This document shows, piece after piece, positions 50,724 to 61,683 of a stretch of 64,000 nucleotides of DNA; positions within the stretch are counted from its first letter, which is position 1; the number at the start of each line of letters is the position of its first letter. The stretch lies in NCBI GenBank assembly GCA_051892935.1, contig JBJFGS010000031.1, forward strand, positions 32,001-96,000, in the 5' to 3' direction. This DNA comes from Candidatus Coprovivens sp. Its GTDB lineage: Bacteria > Bacillota_I > Bacilli_A > RF39 > UBA660. The notes below the pieces were generated by a model. The model searched no databases. It worked only from the letters and a program-made list of their open reading frames with translations, and was not told the origin of the DNA. Position numbers and translations under genes: made by a program.

Positions 50724-51155
50724 ATGGAGAAGTTGTCTATAATTCATGAAATAAAAAAAATTAATGGTGATATATTTCGTGGTATTTCTAATAGATATAA
50801 AAGAATGAATGTTGAAATAACACCGATGCATGCTAAAATTTTAATAACGATTTATAGAAGTAATACTCCATTGTGTCAAAAAGATTTGGAAGGACCTATC
50901 TCTTGCAATAAGTCAACTTTATCATCAATTATCTCTACTATGGAAAAGAATGGTTTATTATCGAGACAAGTAAGTGAAACAGATTCAAGAATAAATTATT
51001 TGGTGTTAACAAGTAAGGGATTGGAAATGGTTGATTTTTTAAGAGAAGATAGAGCTTTTACTGAAGAAGTTTTAACTTATGGAATTTCAAATAGTGAATA
51101 TACAACTTTTATGCAAGTGGTCGATAAGATTAGAAAGAATATAGAAAGGATTTAG
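50724..51155 (+). CDS. MarR-family transcriptional regulator
   Basis: QKDLE..KSTLS..MEKNGL..DSRIN.LVLTSKG. Confidence 0.9.
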   Translation: MEKLSIIHEIKKINGDIFRGISNRYKRMNVEITPMHAKILITIYRSNTPLCQKDLEGPISCNKSTLSSIISTMEKNGLLSRQVSETDSRINYLVLTSKGLEMVDFLREDRAFTEEVLTYGISNSEYTTFMQVVDKIRKNIERI

Positions 51156-51159
51156 AATT

Positions 51160-52920
51160 ATGTTTAAATTGTTTAAAAATTTGACAAAGAGGGAATTAAT
51201 ATATGCTTTAATTTGTATATGTTTAGTTGCAGTATCTGTATGGTTAGAATTAAAAGTTCCTGATTATATGAGTACCATTACTCAACTTGTACAAACTGAA
51301 GGAAGCAAAATGTCCGAAATATTAGAACAAGGTGCTTATATGATATGTTGTGCTTTTGCAGGATTAATCTGTAGTGCTATTGTTGGATATTTTGCAGCTA
51401 GAGTTGCTTCTAGTTTTTCAGCTAATATAAGGAAGAAAATATTTGAAAAAGTTGAAAACATGGGAATTGCTGAAATAAAAAAATTCTCTACTAGTAGTTT
51501 AATTACAAGAACTACTAATGATGTTACTCAAGTAGAAATGCTAATAGGTATGGGGTTACAAGCAATGGTTAAAGCTCCTATAATGGCAGTATGTGCTGTT
51601 ATGAAAATTTTAAATAAGGGGCTTGAATGGTCTATTCTTACGGCTTGTTGTGTGGCAATGCTATTGTTTGTAGTTATTTGTTTGATGATTATTGTATTGC
51701 CTAGATTTGAAAAAGTTCAAAAATTAATTGATAAGATTAATGGGGTTACTAGAGAAAACTTGTCTGGTATTAGAGTAATAAGAGCTTTTAACGCAGAAAA
51801 GTATCAAACTAATAAGTTTAAGAAAGTAAATGATGATTTAACAGAAATGCAATTATTTAATCAAAGATGTTTTTCTGTTATGAATCCTGTTATGAATTTA
51901 GTAATGCATAGTTTAACATTAGGAATTTATATAATAGGTGCATTTTTGATTCAAGAAGCTGGAATGTTAGACAAAATTACTTTATTTAGTAATATGGTAG
52001 TTTTTTCTAGTTATGGAATGCAAGTTATTATGTCGTTTTTAATGTTAGCAATGATATTTATGATGGTACCTAGAGCACAAATATCTGCAAGACGTATTAA
52101 TGAAGTGTTAGATGAAGAAATAACTATTGTAGATGGAGAATTTGATGGTGAAACAAATGAAGTTGGAACTGTTGAATTTAAGAATGTTTCATTTAAATAT
52201 CCAGATGCAGATGAATATATTTTGAAAAACATTTCATTTAAAGTTAATAAAGGTGAAACCATTGCATTTATAGGTTCTACTGGTAGTGGTAAATCAACCC
52301 TTATTAATTTAGTACCAAGATTTTATGATGCTACAGATGGTGAAGTATTAGTAGATGGTATTAACGTTAAAGATTATAAACAAGAAGCTTTACATAATAA
52401 GTTAGGATATGTTCCACAAAAAGCAGTTATGTTTACAGGTACTGTAGAAAGTAATGTAACTTACGGGGATAATGGAAAAGGTGAAATATCTTTAGATAAA
52501 GTAAAAGAAGCTGTTGAAGTTGCTCAAGGAACTGACTTTGTTTCAAAAATGGATAAACAGTATGAAGCTCATATTGCGCGTGGAGGTACTAATGTATCTG
52601 GTGGACAAAAACAAAGACTAGCTATTGCGAGAGCTATTGCAAGAGATCCAGAAATATATATTTTTGATGATTCTTTTTCAGCTTTAGATTATAAGACTGA
52701 TGCAGTATTAAGAAAGGAATTAAAAAAATATACAAAAGATGCAACAAGTATAATTGTTGCTCAAAGAATAGGAACAATTATTAATGCTGATAAAATAGTT
52801 GTTCTTGATGAAGGTGAATGTGTTGGAATAGGAACTCATAAAGAGTTACTTAAAAATTGTAAAGTATATAAAGAAATTGCTTTATCACAATTATCAAAGG
52901 AGGAATTGGAAGATGCCTAG
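51160..52920 (+). CDS. ABC exporter permease/ATPase (heterodimer subunit 1)
   Basis: GSTGSGKS, VSGGQKQR, degenerate DDSFSALD. Confidence 0.92.
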   Translation: MFKLFKNLTKRELIYALICICLVAVSVWLELKVPDYMSTITQLVQTEGSKMSEILEQGAYMICCAFAGLICSAIVGYFAARVASSFSANIRKKIFEKVENMGIAEIKKFSTSSLITRTTNDVTQVEMLIGMGLQAMVKAPIMAVCAVMKILNKGLEWSILTACCVAMLLFVVICLMIIVLPRFEKVQKLIDKINGVTRENLSGIRVIRAFNAEKYQTNKFKKVNDDLTEMQLFNQRCFSVMNPVMNLVMHSLTLGIYIIGAFLIQEAGMLDKITLFSNMVVFSSYGMQVIMSFLMLAMIFMMVPRAQISARRINEVLDEEITIVDGEFDGETNEVGTVEFKNVSFKYPDADEYILKNISFKVNKGETIAFIGSTGSGKSTLINLVPRFYDATDGEVLVDGINVKDYKQEALHNKLGYVPQKAVMFTGTVESNVTYGDNGKGEISLDKVKEAVEVAQGTDFVSKMDKQYEAHIARGGTNVSGGQKQRLAIARAIARDPEIYIFDDSFSALDYKTDAVLRKELKKYTKDATSIIVAQRIGTIINADKIVVLDEGECVGIGTHKELLKNCKVYKEIALSQLSKEELEDA

Positions 52921-55084
52921 ACCTGGTGGACCTGGACCTAGAGCTACTGAAAAATCAAAAGATTTTAAAGGCTCTATGTTGAGATTATTTAAAAATTTAA
53001 AACCATGGAAATATATCATGGGTTTAGCATTATGTCTTGCAATGATTAGTGCTATTTTTTCTTTAGTTGCTCCTGATAAACTTTCAGATTTTACAGATAC
53101 TATTACAGAAGGGATTTCTCCAAATATTGAAAAATTACGAGAAGTTGGTGAAGCGATAGGAGAAAATATGGCTTCTGTAGATATGCAAGCTAAAATGGAT
53201 ACTCTTTTTAATGAAGTTAATATGACACAAGATGAAAAGATAGAAGTTCAAAATATCTTTAGTAAAATGATGATAGCTAAAGATGATGATGAATTAAGTA
53301 AATTAATGTTGTCTTTGTCTGATAAGGTATTAGTTTATTTATTAGAAGATATTATAATTGATGGTTCTTCTATTAGTTCTGATGATCAGGTTAAATTACT
53401 TAGATTATCTAGTGAAATGGGAGATGAAACAGGAACGGAGAAAGCATTAGGATTAATTGATGAATTGCCTGATTCTATTTATAGTTTGGTAAGACCTTCT
53501 ATAGATATGGAAAAAATAAAATCAATTGCTTTATTAATGGGGATTCTTTATCTTTTAAGTTCTTTATTCAATTTTATTCAGGGCTTTTCTCTTACAACTG
53601 TTTCAAATAGATTTGCTAATAAATTAAGAAATAGTATAAGTAGTAAGATAAATAAGTTACCTTTAAAATATTTTGATACTCATGAAAATGGTGATGTATT
53701 ATCAAGAGTTACTAATGATGTTGATACTGTTGCTCAAAATTTAAATAATAGTCTTGCTACACTTGTAACTAGTATTACATTATTTTTAGGATCTATAATA
53801 ATGATGTTTGTTACTAATTGGATTATGGCTATTACAGCTATTTTATCCAGTATTTTGGGATTTGTGTTAATGTTTACAATTCTTGCTAAATCACAGAAGT
53901 ATTTTAATCAAAAACAAGAAGCTCTAGGAGAAATGAATGGATATATTGAGGAGATGTATTCAGGTCATAATGTAGTAAAAGCTTATAATGGTACTAAAGA
54001 AGCTTTCAATGAATTTAATAGAATTAATAATAAGTTATACGATACAAATAAGAAAAGTCAGTTCTTATCAGGACTTATGCATCCTATAATGGGTTTTATT
54101 GGTAATTTTGGTTATGTAATGGTTTGTATAGTTGGTGGATTATTAACAATGAATAATATTATTTCATTTGGTGTTATTGTTGCATTTATGATTTATGTAA
54201 GATTATTTACAAATCCACTTTCGCAAATTGCTCAAGCTATGAGTAGTTTGCAATCGACAGCTGCAGCATCAGAAAGAGTGTTTGAGTTCTTAGATGAAAA
54301 GGAAATGCCTTCACAGGATGATATGAAAAAAAGATTGAATAGATCTAAAGTAAAAGGAGAAATAGAATTTAAACATGTTAAATTCGGTTATGATGCAGGT
54401 CGAACTATAATAAAGGATTTTAGTGTTAATGTTAAACCTGGTCAAAAAATAGCTATAGTAGGACCTACTGGTGCTGGAAAAACAACTATGGTTAATTTAC
54501 TTATGAAGTTTTATGATATTAATAATGGTCAAATTTTAATAGATGGTGTTTCAACTAGTGAATTGACTAGAGAAAATATACATGATTTATTTATTATGGT
54601 TTTACAAGATACTTGGTTATTTGAAGGTAGTATTAGAGATAATATAAAATTTAATAATGAGGATGTAACTGATAGAGAAATCTGGGAAGCATTAAGAGTT
54701 GTTGGGGTTGATCATTTTGTTAAAACATTACCTGGTGCATTAGATTATGTAATTAGTGATAATGATACTATCAGCCAAGGTCAAAAGCAGTTACTTACTA
54801 TTGCGCGTGGTATGATTGAAGACGCTCCGTTCTTAATATTAGATGAAGCAACAAGTAATGTTGATACAAGAACTGAGGAATTAGTACAAAAAGCGATGGA
54901 TAAATTAACAGAAGGTAGGACTTCATTTATAATTGCTCATAGATTATCAACAATTAAAAATGCTGATGTAATTTTAGTAATGAATGAAGGAAATATAATT
55001 GAACAAGGAAGTCACGAAGAATTAATGAAACTTGGTGGATTCTATGAGAAGTTATATAATAGTCAATTTGAAAAGACAATTTAG
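52913..55084 (+). CDS. ABC exporter permease/ATPase (heterodimer subunit 2)
   Basis: GPTGAGKT, ISQGQKQ, LDEATS; AGGAGG RBS before ATG 52913. Confidence 0.92.
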   Translation: MPRPGGPGPRATEKSKDFKGSMLRLFKNLKPWKYIMGLALCLAMISAIFSLVAPDKLSDFTDTITEGISPNIEKLREVGEAIGENMASVDMQAKMDTLFNEVNMTQDEKIEVQNIFSKMMIAKDDDELSKLMLSLSDKVLVYLLEDIIIDGSSISSDDQVKLLRLSSEMGDETGTEKALGLIDELPDSIYSLVRPSIDMEKIKSIALLMGILYLLSSLFNFIQGFSLTTVSNRFANKLRNSISSKINKLPLKYFDTHENGDVLSRVTNDVDTVAQNLNNSLATLVTSITLFLGSIIMMFVTNWIMAITAILSSILGFVLMFTILAKSQKYFNQKQEALGEMNGYIEEMYSGHNVVKAYNGTKEAFNEFNRINNKLYDTNKKSQFLSGLMHPIMGFIGNFGYVMVCIVGGLLTMNNIISFGVIVAFMIYVRLFTNPLSQIAQAMSSLQSTAAASERVFEFLDEKEMPSQDDMKKRLNRSKVKGEIEFKHVKFGYDAGRTIIKDFSVNVKPGQKIAIVGPTGAGKTTMVNLLMKFYDINNGQILIDGVSTSELTRENIHDLFIMVLQDTWLFEGSIRDNIKFNNEDVTDREIWEALRVVGVDHFVKTLPGALDYVISDNDTISQGQKQLLTIARGMIEDAPFLILDEATSNVDTRTEELVQKAMDKLTEGRTSFIIAHRLSTIKNADVILVMNEGNIIEQGSHEELMKLGGFYEKLYNSQFEKTI

Positions 55085-55109
55085 GATTGTCTTTTTTATG
55101 TTATAATTA

Positions 55110-55922
55110 ATGTATGATAGGATGTTATTTATGAATGAGAAATTTATAGAATTAAGAAAACAGTATTATTATTCAGTTTTAAGTGTTTCTCCGGAGATGC
55201 TTTATTCAATATTACCATCTCCTAGTTTTACTAATTTTTTAGATATAATGAAAGGTGTTATTGAATCATTAGATGAAGAGATAATGTATTATTTTAATGA
55301 GTTACGAAGTACTCTTGATGAAGAAGATAAACAATTATATATAAATGAATTAAATGACATACAAAAAAAACGAAAAATATGTGAGAAGATTTTAAGTGAT
55401 TCTTATACTATTTCAACAGAAGAAAAAGTTGACGAAACTAAAAAAATAAATATAATATTCGGTGTAACTCCGAGTGGTTCTATTGCTTTTTTAAATGATT
55501 TAAAGAGAAATATAGATGAACATTATTATGAAGAGATAATTGAATTGCTTGATCAGTTAGAAAATGGAGAACTAGTAAATAATCAAGAAAAAGTTAGAAG
55601 ATTTAATTCTAATAATAGTAAATTATCTGGATTAATGGAGTTAAAAGGTTTTCAAATAAGATTGTTATTTAGGCAATTACCCAAAAATATTATTTATATT
55701 GATATGGTTAGAATTAAGAAAGATGACAGAGTTACTAAAGATTTTCAAGAGCCGATTAGAAGAATGACATTGTTGACTCAGGATTTTGAAAGTAAAAAAA
55801 GAAGAATAAAAAATAATGATAAAGTAGATGAATTGATAATAGAAGGTGAAGAAATGATGGCTACAGTTAGGCGTTTCTTAGAAGAATCACTAAAAAAAAG
55901 GAGAGGTAAAAATGGAGAATAG
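55110..55922 (+). CDS. Hypothetical protein with possible RelE/Gp49-like C-terminal domain
   Basis: LMELKGFQIRLLF..IYIDMVRIKK resembles the RelE-fold core. Confidence 0.4.
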   Translation: MYDRMLFMNEKFIELRKQYYYSVLSVSPEMLYSILPSPSFTNFLDIMKGVIESLDEEIMYYFNELRSTLDEEDKQLYINELNDIQKKRKICEKILSDSYTISTEEKVDETKKINIIFGVTPSGSIAFLNDLKRNIDEHYYEEIIELLDQLENGELVNNQEKVRRFNSNNSKLSGLMELKGFQIRLLFRQLPKNIIYIDMVRIKKDDRVTKDFQEPIRRMTLLTQDFESKKRRIKNNDKVDELIIEGEEMMATVRRFLEESLKKRRGKNGE

Positions 55923-56190
55923 TATAAAGTCTAAATTATTAGAGATAAAGAAAAATACTGTTGTTCTTCAAACATATTCTTCTTATGTTGTTACTTTATC
56001 TGATATTTTTTTAAAAGATATTTCGTTATTTAAATTAGTTTGTGATACGTATGGATTAGAAGCTGATGATATCTTTGCATTATTAAAAAGTGGAGATATA
56101 AAGTGTATTCCTTTACTTGATGAAATAGTACAATTTTGTGTTTTAGTTAATGAAAAAAAAGATACTAAAGATATTGAATTTAGACGTTAG
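55912..56190 (+). CDS. Small hypothetical protein overlapping the upstream gene
   Basis: GAGGT RBS; 11-bp overlap. Confidence 0.55.
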   Translation: MENSIKSKLLEIKKNTVVLQTYSSYVVTLSDIFLKDISLFKLVCDTYGLEADDIFALLKSGDIKCIPLLDEIVQFCVLVNEKKDTKDIEFRR

Positions 56191-56240
56191 ATTTATCTAA
56201 TGTTTTTTTTATGATATAATGTTTTTAGGATTGTGATGAT

Positions 56241-57077
56241 ATGAAGAAAGTAAATGTTAAAGATGTTGATGTAGTTGAAAATGAAATTACTTTAAAAAAA
56301 TTAAATATTAAAAAGATATTAATTATAATATTAATGGTTATTGTAACTTTAGTTGGACTCTTTTTTTGGTCTACTAAAGTGAGGTGGAATGCTGAGATAG
56401 AAGATTATTATGAAGTATTGTATTATGGTCAAGAAAGTATAAAAATTGATGAATTAACTAATTTTTATGGAGAACAAATAGAATCTAGTGTTGATAGTAC
56501 AGAAGCATTATTGATGTATTGTAGTAGTGAATATGGAAAAAAATGTATAACAGGAGATTTTAATGATAGTTTTGAAAACTTATTAAGAAACCCTAGTATA
56601 GTAATAAATATTGTTATTTTAATTGATTTAGTATTACTATTTATATTATTTAAAGATAAATATGTATCTAAAGTATGTTCTTATATATTGTTTATTTTGA
56701 TATTAGTATTAGGTTTATTTAATGTTGGTAAAGTTATTTTTAATTTTGCAAATTATTATTCATTTGTTAATGATACTGAATATGTTGTTGAGGGAGAAAT
56801 AATAGGTCAATTGGTAACTAATAATGATAGTGAGTTTTATCCAGTAGTAAAGTATACTACTGAACAAGGAGAATTTATTACTTATATAGAATCTTCTTTG
56901 GATGGTCAATTAGATAGTTTTAATTCTAATAAAATAACTATATATTATGATAAGATTGATAATAGTCTTTGTACTATAAAAGAAAGTTTAATTAAGTATT
57001 TATTGCCGTTAATAGTTGGAATTTTATATATAATATTGTCTATATTTTATTTTATAGTTATAAGAAAGAATAATTAA
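56241..57077 (+). CDS. Membrane protein (DUF3592-like C-terminus)
   Basis: Multiple TMs; YPVVKY..ITIYYD pattern. Confidence 0.55.
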   Translation: MKKVNVKDVDVVENEITLKKLNIKKILIIILMVIVTLVGLFFWSTKVRWNAEIEDYYEVLYYGQESIKIDELTNFYGEQIESSVDSTEALLMYCSSEYGKKCITGDFNDSFENLLRNPSIVINIVILIDLVLLFILFKDKYVSKVCSYILFILILVLGLFNVGKVIFNFANYYSFVNDTEYVVEGEIIGQLVTNNDSEFYPVVKYTTEQGEFITYIESSLDGQLDSFNSNKITIYYDKIDNSLCTIKESLIKYLLPLIVGILYIILSIFYFIVIRKNN

Positions 57078-57135
57078 ATGGTGGTGTTCAATCACCTTTT
57101 TTTGTGATATAATTTATTAATAATAGGATAGTGGG

Positions 57136-59274
57136 TTGATTAACATGAAAAGAGTGTTACAATTTATAATTTTATTACTATTATCTTTTGTTATGCCTGC
57201 AATGGTATTAGCAGAAAGAATAGAATCTGATTTATCTTCTACTATTGATATAATAAAAAAATTTGAAATTGGTGAAGTAATTGTTACTAATGTTGGATAC
57301 ACAAGATATTCGAATATTTTATCTACTGGAAGAGCTGGGGTTTTATTTAATGGTAATATTACTAATAATTATGTTAGAGATGTTGATTTAGAATTAACTT
57401 TAAATGTATATAATAAAAATAAAAAGATAATTGAAAAAAGAATATCTGTTGTTAATATTCCAGCTAAGGGCAAGACTGTATATAATCAATATTTATATGC
57501 TGATGAAATTGATGTTAAATTGGATGACATATATTATTATTCTTTGGAAGCTGATATTGTTTCTGATGTGGAAATATTGGAAAAAGGTCAGAATGATAAA
57601 TATTATTTTGAGAACTATAATATAATAGTTGAGGTTGGGGAAAATAATGTTTTTTTCGTACAAGAATCTTTTGATGCTGTTTTTAATAAAAATGTTGTTC
57701 CATTAAATATAGGTATTCCTTTTAGACATACTTATGTAAGAAATGATGGAAGTAAAGTAAATAAAAGAGCTGTTATAAGTGATATAGTGGTTGAGGATTA
57801 TTATAGCCTTTTTACAGAAGAAGGATTAAGATATTTAAAAATTGGTAAAGAGGATAAAGAAAGTATTACGAAGAATTATAACTTTAAATATACTTATAAT
57901 GTTGGTAAAGATACTTTAAAAGATAATGACGAATTTGTCTTTTATTTAATTAATAATTTAACAGTTAAAACTGATGGTATTAGTTTTAAAATAATAATGC
58001 CAAAAGAGTTTTCAGAAAAAAATATAAGATTTATTGATGCAAATGGAATAAATGTTGAAAATGTAAATTATACAGTTAAAGATAACGTTATAGAGGGAAA
58101 AATTGATGATGTTATAAATCCTGGAATTAGTTATGCTATTAGTATAGAACTAGAAGATGGTTATTTTGTTAATTGTTCTAGTAATGTTAGTAGATTAACG
58201 ATAATTAGTTTTGTAACTCCTTTATTATTCTTGATAATTGCTTTGATAGTATTATTTGTTAATAAACATAATCATAAAAAAGTTACTTTTGAAAGCATAT
58301 ATTTTAATGAAAAGTTAAATAGTTTAGAATTAGGATATTTATATAGTGGAGATATTAAAGATAGTGATATTGCTTCTTTATTATTTTGTTTAGCTAATAA
58401 AGGGTATATTGAAATAGAAAAGAGTAAAAAGAATTATTCTATTATAAAAAAGCGTGATTATGAAGAAGATGATCGTTTAGAAATGGCTTTTATGAATGAG
58501 TTATTTTTATCAAAAGATGTGGTATCTAAAAAAGAATTATTATCTTCGTTGGAAGATTTGAAAGATATAATTGTTGTTAAACTAGGAAAGAAAAGAAAAA
58601 ATAAAATATATAATAGAAAAGTATTTAATTATAAATTATTATTTTGGATAATGATTTGTATAACTTTAGTACTTAGTATTACTAATATATTTATAGAATA
58701 TCAACCTAGTGTTATAGTTGTAAATTGTATTGTTACTATAATTGGTTATATTATTTTGTTAAATAGTGTTGTTAGTAAGAATAGTATGATAGAAAAAATA
58801 TTGTATTCTCTAGTTTCTTTAATATTAATTGTTTCGCCTATTGTTTTAACTTCTTATAAAGCATATTTACAAGATATATTATATATTATTATATATATAG
58901 TAAGTATTATATCTATTTTAATAATTGCATGTATAGCTAGTATATTGAGTGATAGAACTAAATATGGAAATAAAATGTTAAGTAAGATAAGTGCTTATAA
59001 AAATTATTTAGTTTTTTGTAATGATGAAGTTATTAATAAAGAATTAAACGATAATGAAAATTGTGTATATGAAGTATTACCATATGCAATGGCATTAGGT
59101 ATATCTGATAAATGGATAAATAGATTTATTGATAAAGATATTATAAAACCTATATGGTATAGTACTAATGAAGAATTTGATTTAAATAATTTCTATTTGG
59201 ATATTTTGAATATTTATTCTGATATGTTTATAGGTCTTCAAAAAAAAGAAGAAATAGATAATAGTAAAAAATAA
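57136..59274 (+). CDS. DUF2207-like membrane protein
   Basis: LANKGYI, RTKYG, LPYAMALG..W motifs. Confidence 0.75.
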   Translation: MINMKRVLQFIILLLLSFVMPAMVLAERIESDLSSTIDIIKKFEIGEVIVTNVGYTRYSNILSTGRAGVLFNGNITNNYVRDVDLELTLNVYNKNKKIIEKRISVVNIPAKGKTVYNQYLYADEIDVKLDDIYYYSLEADIVSDVEILEKGQNDKYYFENYNIIVEVGENNVFFVQESFDAVFNKNVVPLNIGIPFRHTYVRNDGSKVNKRAVISDIVVEDYYSLFTEEGLRYLKIGKEDKESITKNYNFKYTYNVGKDTLKDNDEFVFYLINNLTVKTDGISFKIIMPKEFSEKNIRFIDANGINVENVNYTVKDNVIEGKIDDVINPGISYAISIELEDGYFVNCSSNVSRLTIISFVTPLLFLIIALIVLFVNKHNHKKVTFESIYFNEKLNSLELGYLYSGDIKDSDIASLLFCLANKGYIEIEKSKKNYSIIKKRDYEEDDRLEMAFMNELFLSKDVVSKKELLSSLEDLKDIIVVKLGKKRKNKIYNRKVFNYKLLFWIMICITLVLSITNIFIEYQPSVIVVNCIVTIIGYIILLNSVVSKNSMIEKILYSLVSLILIVSPIVLTSYKAYLQDILYIIIYIVSIISILIIACIASILSDRTKYGNKMLSKISAYKNYLVFCNDEVINKELNDNENCVYEVLPYAMALGISDKWINRFIDKDIIKPIWYSTNEEFDLNNFYLDILNIYSDMFIGLQKKEEIDNSKK

Positions 59275-59351
59275 CTTTAATTAAATGTTAGAAGTAATCA
59301 ATAGATTACTTCTTTTATTTATGATATAATAAAAAATATAAAATAGGTGGT

Positions 59352-60155
59352 GTGGCTATGATGAAACAATTAAAAGCCAAATTTGAAGTTGGAGATGAAG
59401 TAGCTGTTATTAGTAATGGTAGTATCGGAATAATAAAAAGTATTATTTCTTATTTAGGGGAAGGAGATAATATATATCTTGTTACTTTTAATGGATTAGA
59501 TAAAACGTGTGTTGAATCGAATTTGAGAATTTCTAGAAAGAAATATACTTCTTTAGCAGTTGATATAAAAGATATTGGTATTAACTTTATGATAGAAGAT
59601 AAGTTTAAAGAAATAATAGAAATGTTAAAGTTGAAACATCCAAATGATGAAAAAGAACAATTATCAAATGCTTTAAAACTACATAGTTATTTGGTCTTGA
59701 ATGAAGAAAATGATACAGAAATTACTAATATAGGAAATAGTGTTTTAAAAAATCAATTATATCATGGGCTATTTAATGGAGAAACTGATCCAATTGTTAA
59801 TTCATATATATTTAGTGAAATATTACATAAAATTGGAATGGATGTTTTAAATGTTGTATTAAAATTAGAAAAGTCAACTTTTTATGTTGCTAATTTAGTA
59901 TTAATAGGTGAAGATTATTATTATTTTGATTTAAGTTTAGAAAAAGAATTATTTAGGGAAAATGGTTCTGATATAAATAATTTTATAGTATGTTGTGGAG
60001 CTTTAGGAAGAGAAAGTTATGAACAATTTTTTAAGCCACTTTGTTTAATTGATTTTAATGATAGACTTGCACCTAATACTTTACCTAAAAATATAGCGCA
60101 GAAGGATATAGATATAGATTTAGTTAATAAACTATTAAATATGGAGTTAATGTGA
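59352..60155 (+). CDS. Hypothetical protein (SH3-like N-terminus, degenerate transglutaminase-like core)
   Basis: KFEVGDEV..; YVANLVLIGEDYYYFDLS resembles the HAWNxV..WYxxD motif. Confidence 0.4.
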   Translation: MAMMKQLKAKFEVGDEVAVISNGSIGIIKSIISYLGEGDNIYLVTFNGLDKTCVESNLRISRKKYTSLAVDIKDIGINFMIEDKFKEIIEMLKLKHPNDEKEQLSNALKLHSYLVLNEENDTEITNIGNSVLKNQLYHGLFNGETDPIVNSYIFSEILHKIGMDVLNVVLKLEKSTFYVANLVLIGEDYYYFDLSLEKELFRENGSDINNFIVCCGALGRESYEQFFKPLCLIDFNDRLAPNTLPKNIAQKDIDIDLVNKLLNMELM

Positions 60156-60156
60156 T

Positions 60157-60642
60157 ATGAAAATTAATAAAAAACTAATTAATAACTTATTTAGTGAAGA
60201 ATTAGTTTTAATGATGTATCAATTATTAGAAGAATTTCATTCATTAGATTATGATGAAGATACAATATTTAATGTATTAAAAAAATTTAATGAGTCATTT
60301 AGAATGGGAATGTATTTATTAGCTTTAGAAAAAAACTATGATAATGTTTCTTTTAGAATAAATCGTGTTAATAAGAAAATTAATATTATTAGAAAAGAAC
60401 AATTCTTAGAAGCTTATGAAAATAAATGTGTTGAAGATTTTTTAAAGAAACTTGGTAAAAGTGATAAGATTTCTTTGATGAGTGATTTAGGTGTTGATTT
60501 GCCATTAGATGAAAGAATGAAACTTGCTAAAAAAGAATTGGATTATTATAGAATAATTAGTAATTCAGTTATGCTAGATCAAGCTAGTGACAAAAGAGAT
60601 GGAATTGATACATTTTTAAAATATAAGAAAGAAGATGTTTAA
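60157..60642 (+). CDS. Hypothetical protein
   Basis: ORF coupled to the upstream gene. Confidence 0.55.
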   Translation: MKINKKLINNLFSEELVLMMYQLLEEFHSLDYDEDTIFNVLKKFNESFRMGMYLLALEKNYDNVSFRINRVNKKINIIRKEQFLEAYENKCVEDFLKKLGKSDKISLMSDLGVDLPLDERMKLAKKELDYYRIISNSVMLDQASDKRDGIDTFLKYKKEDV

Positions 60643-60724
60643 ATTATTTAGAATAATAAAGATTTAAATAGTTTAAGCTTTTTTTTAATATATGATAAAA
60701 TTATTTTTAGAGAGGTAGTTATTA

Positions 60725-61657
60725 ATGAGTAATTTATTAAGTAAAATAGAAAAAACAACAAAGTATGTTAGTGAAAATTCTAAATATGTTTCGATTAATT
60801 ATAAAAAGATAGATAGAATTATTGAAGGTGGTGAATTCAATAAAATAAGTTATTGGTTAAAGTCTAATCCTTTTGGAATAATGGATCTTGGTTATAGGAA
60901 TCTTGTTAATTTTTTGCTTGTTTATCATACGATAGGTGATTATTGTTTTTGGGGTGAACCAAAGTGGACAATTGAATCCGCAGTAGGCAAGTTGGATGGT
61001 TCTTATGCAATTATGTATTTATTAATTGATAGATTTAATAAAAATCAAGATTTTAATATGTCATATGATGAATTTAAAGATTTATTAAAAGGGAATATTG
61101 AAATACCTTTATTGGAAGAAAGATATAATTGTTTAGTTAAAATGAATAAATATTTAGATAGTATTGCTAAAGATTTCTATAATGAAATAAAAGATTATAA
61201 AGATGATATTTCTTTATTAGATTATATTATTAATAGTTTTGATTATTTTAATGATGAATGTGATTATAAAGGTGAAAGAATATATTTTTATAAAAGAGCA
61301 CAATTAATTACATCTGATATTTTGCATGTGAGAAAACTATTAGAAGATGTAGAAGTTAATTATACTAATTTAATGGGATGTGCTGATTATAAAATACCAC
61401 AAGTGATGAGATGTTTAGGAATGATTGAATTCAATGATGAACTGGCTAGTATGGTGGATAATTATCAAGAGTTATCTTATGGTAGTGAAATGGAAGTAGA
61501 AATAAGAGCTAATAACTTAGTTATTATTAATTATATTTATGAAAAACTTGAAGGTAAAGTTTCAAGAATGGATATAAATGATTATATTTGGTTACTTGGA
61601 CAAGATAAGAGTAAAATGGTTAAACCATATCATAGAACAAAGACAATTTATTATTGA
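60725..61657 (+). CDS. Queuosine salvage protein (DUF2419/Qng1 family)
   Basis: FYKRAQL, ADYKIPQVMR, EVEIRA, DYIWLLG, PYHRTKTIYY. Confidence 0.85.
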   Translation: MSNLLSKIEKTTKYVSENSKYVSINYKKIDRIIEGGEFNKISYWLKSNPFGIMDLGYRNLVNFLLVYHTIGDYCFWGEPKWTIESAVGKLDGSYAIMYLLIDRFNKNQDFNMSYDEFKDLLKGNIEIPLLEERYNCLVKMNKYLDSIAKDFYNEIKDYKDDISLLDYIINSFDYFNDECDYKGERIYFYKRAQLITSDILHVRKLLEDVEVNYTNLMGCADYKIPQVMRCLGMIEFNDELASMVDNYQELSYGSEMEVEIRANNLVIINYIYEKLEGKVSRMDINDYIWLLGQDKSKMVKPYHRTKTIYY

Positions 61658-61683
61658 TATTTAATTACTTTAGGGGTGATTTT

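Noticed and set aside
455-57625. Short minus-strand and nested ORFs in the track (e.g. 6989-7321, 10564-10872, 13226-13501, 49271-49576, 57431-57625)
   Set aside because: They overlap well-supported + strand genes and show no recognisable motifs; shadow ORFs
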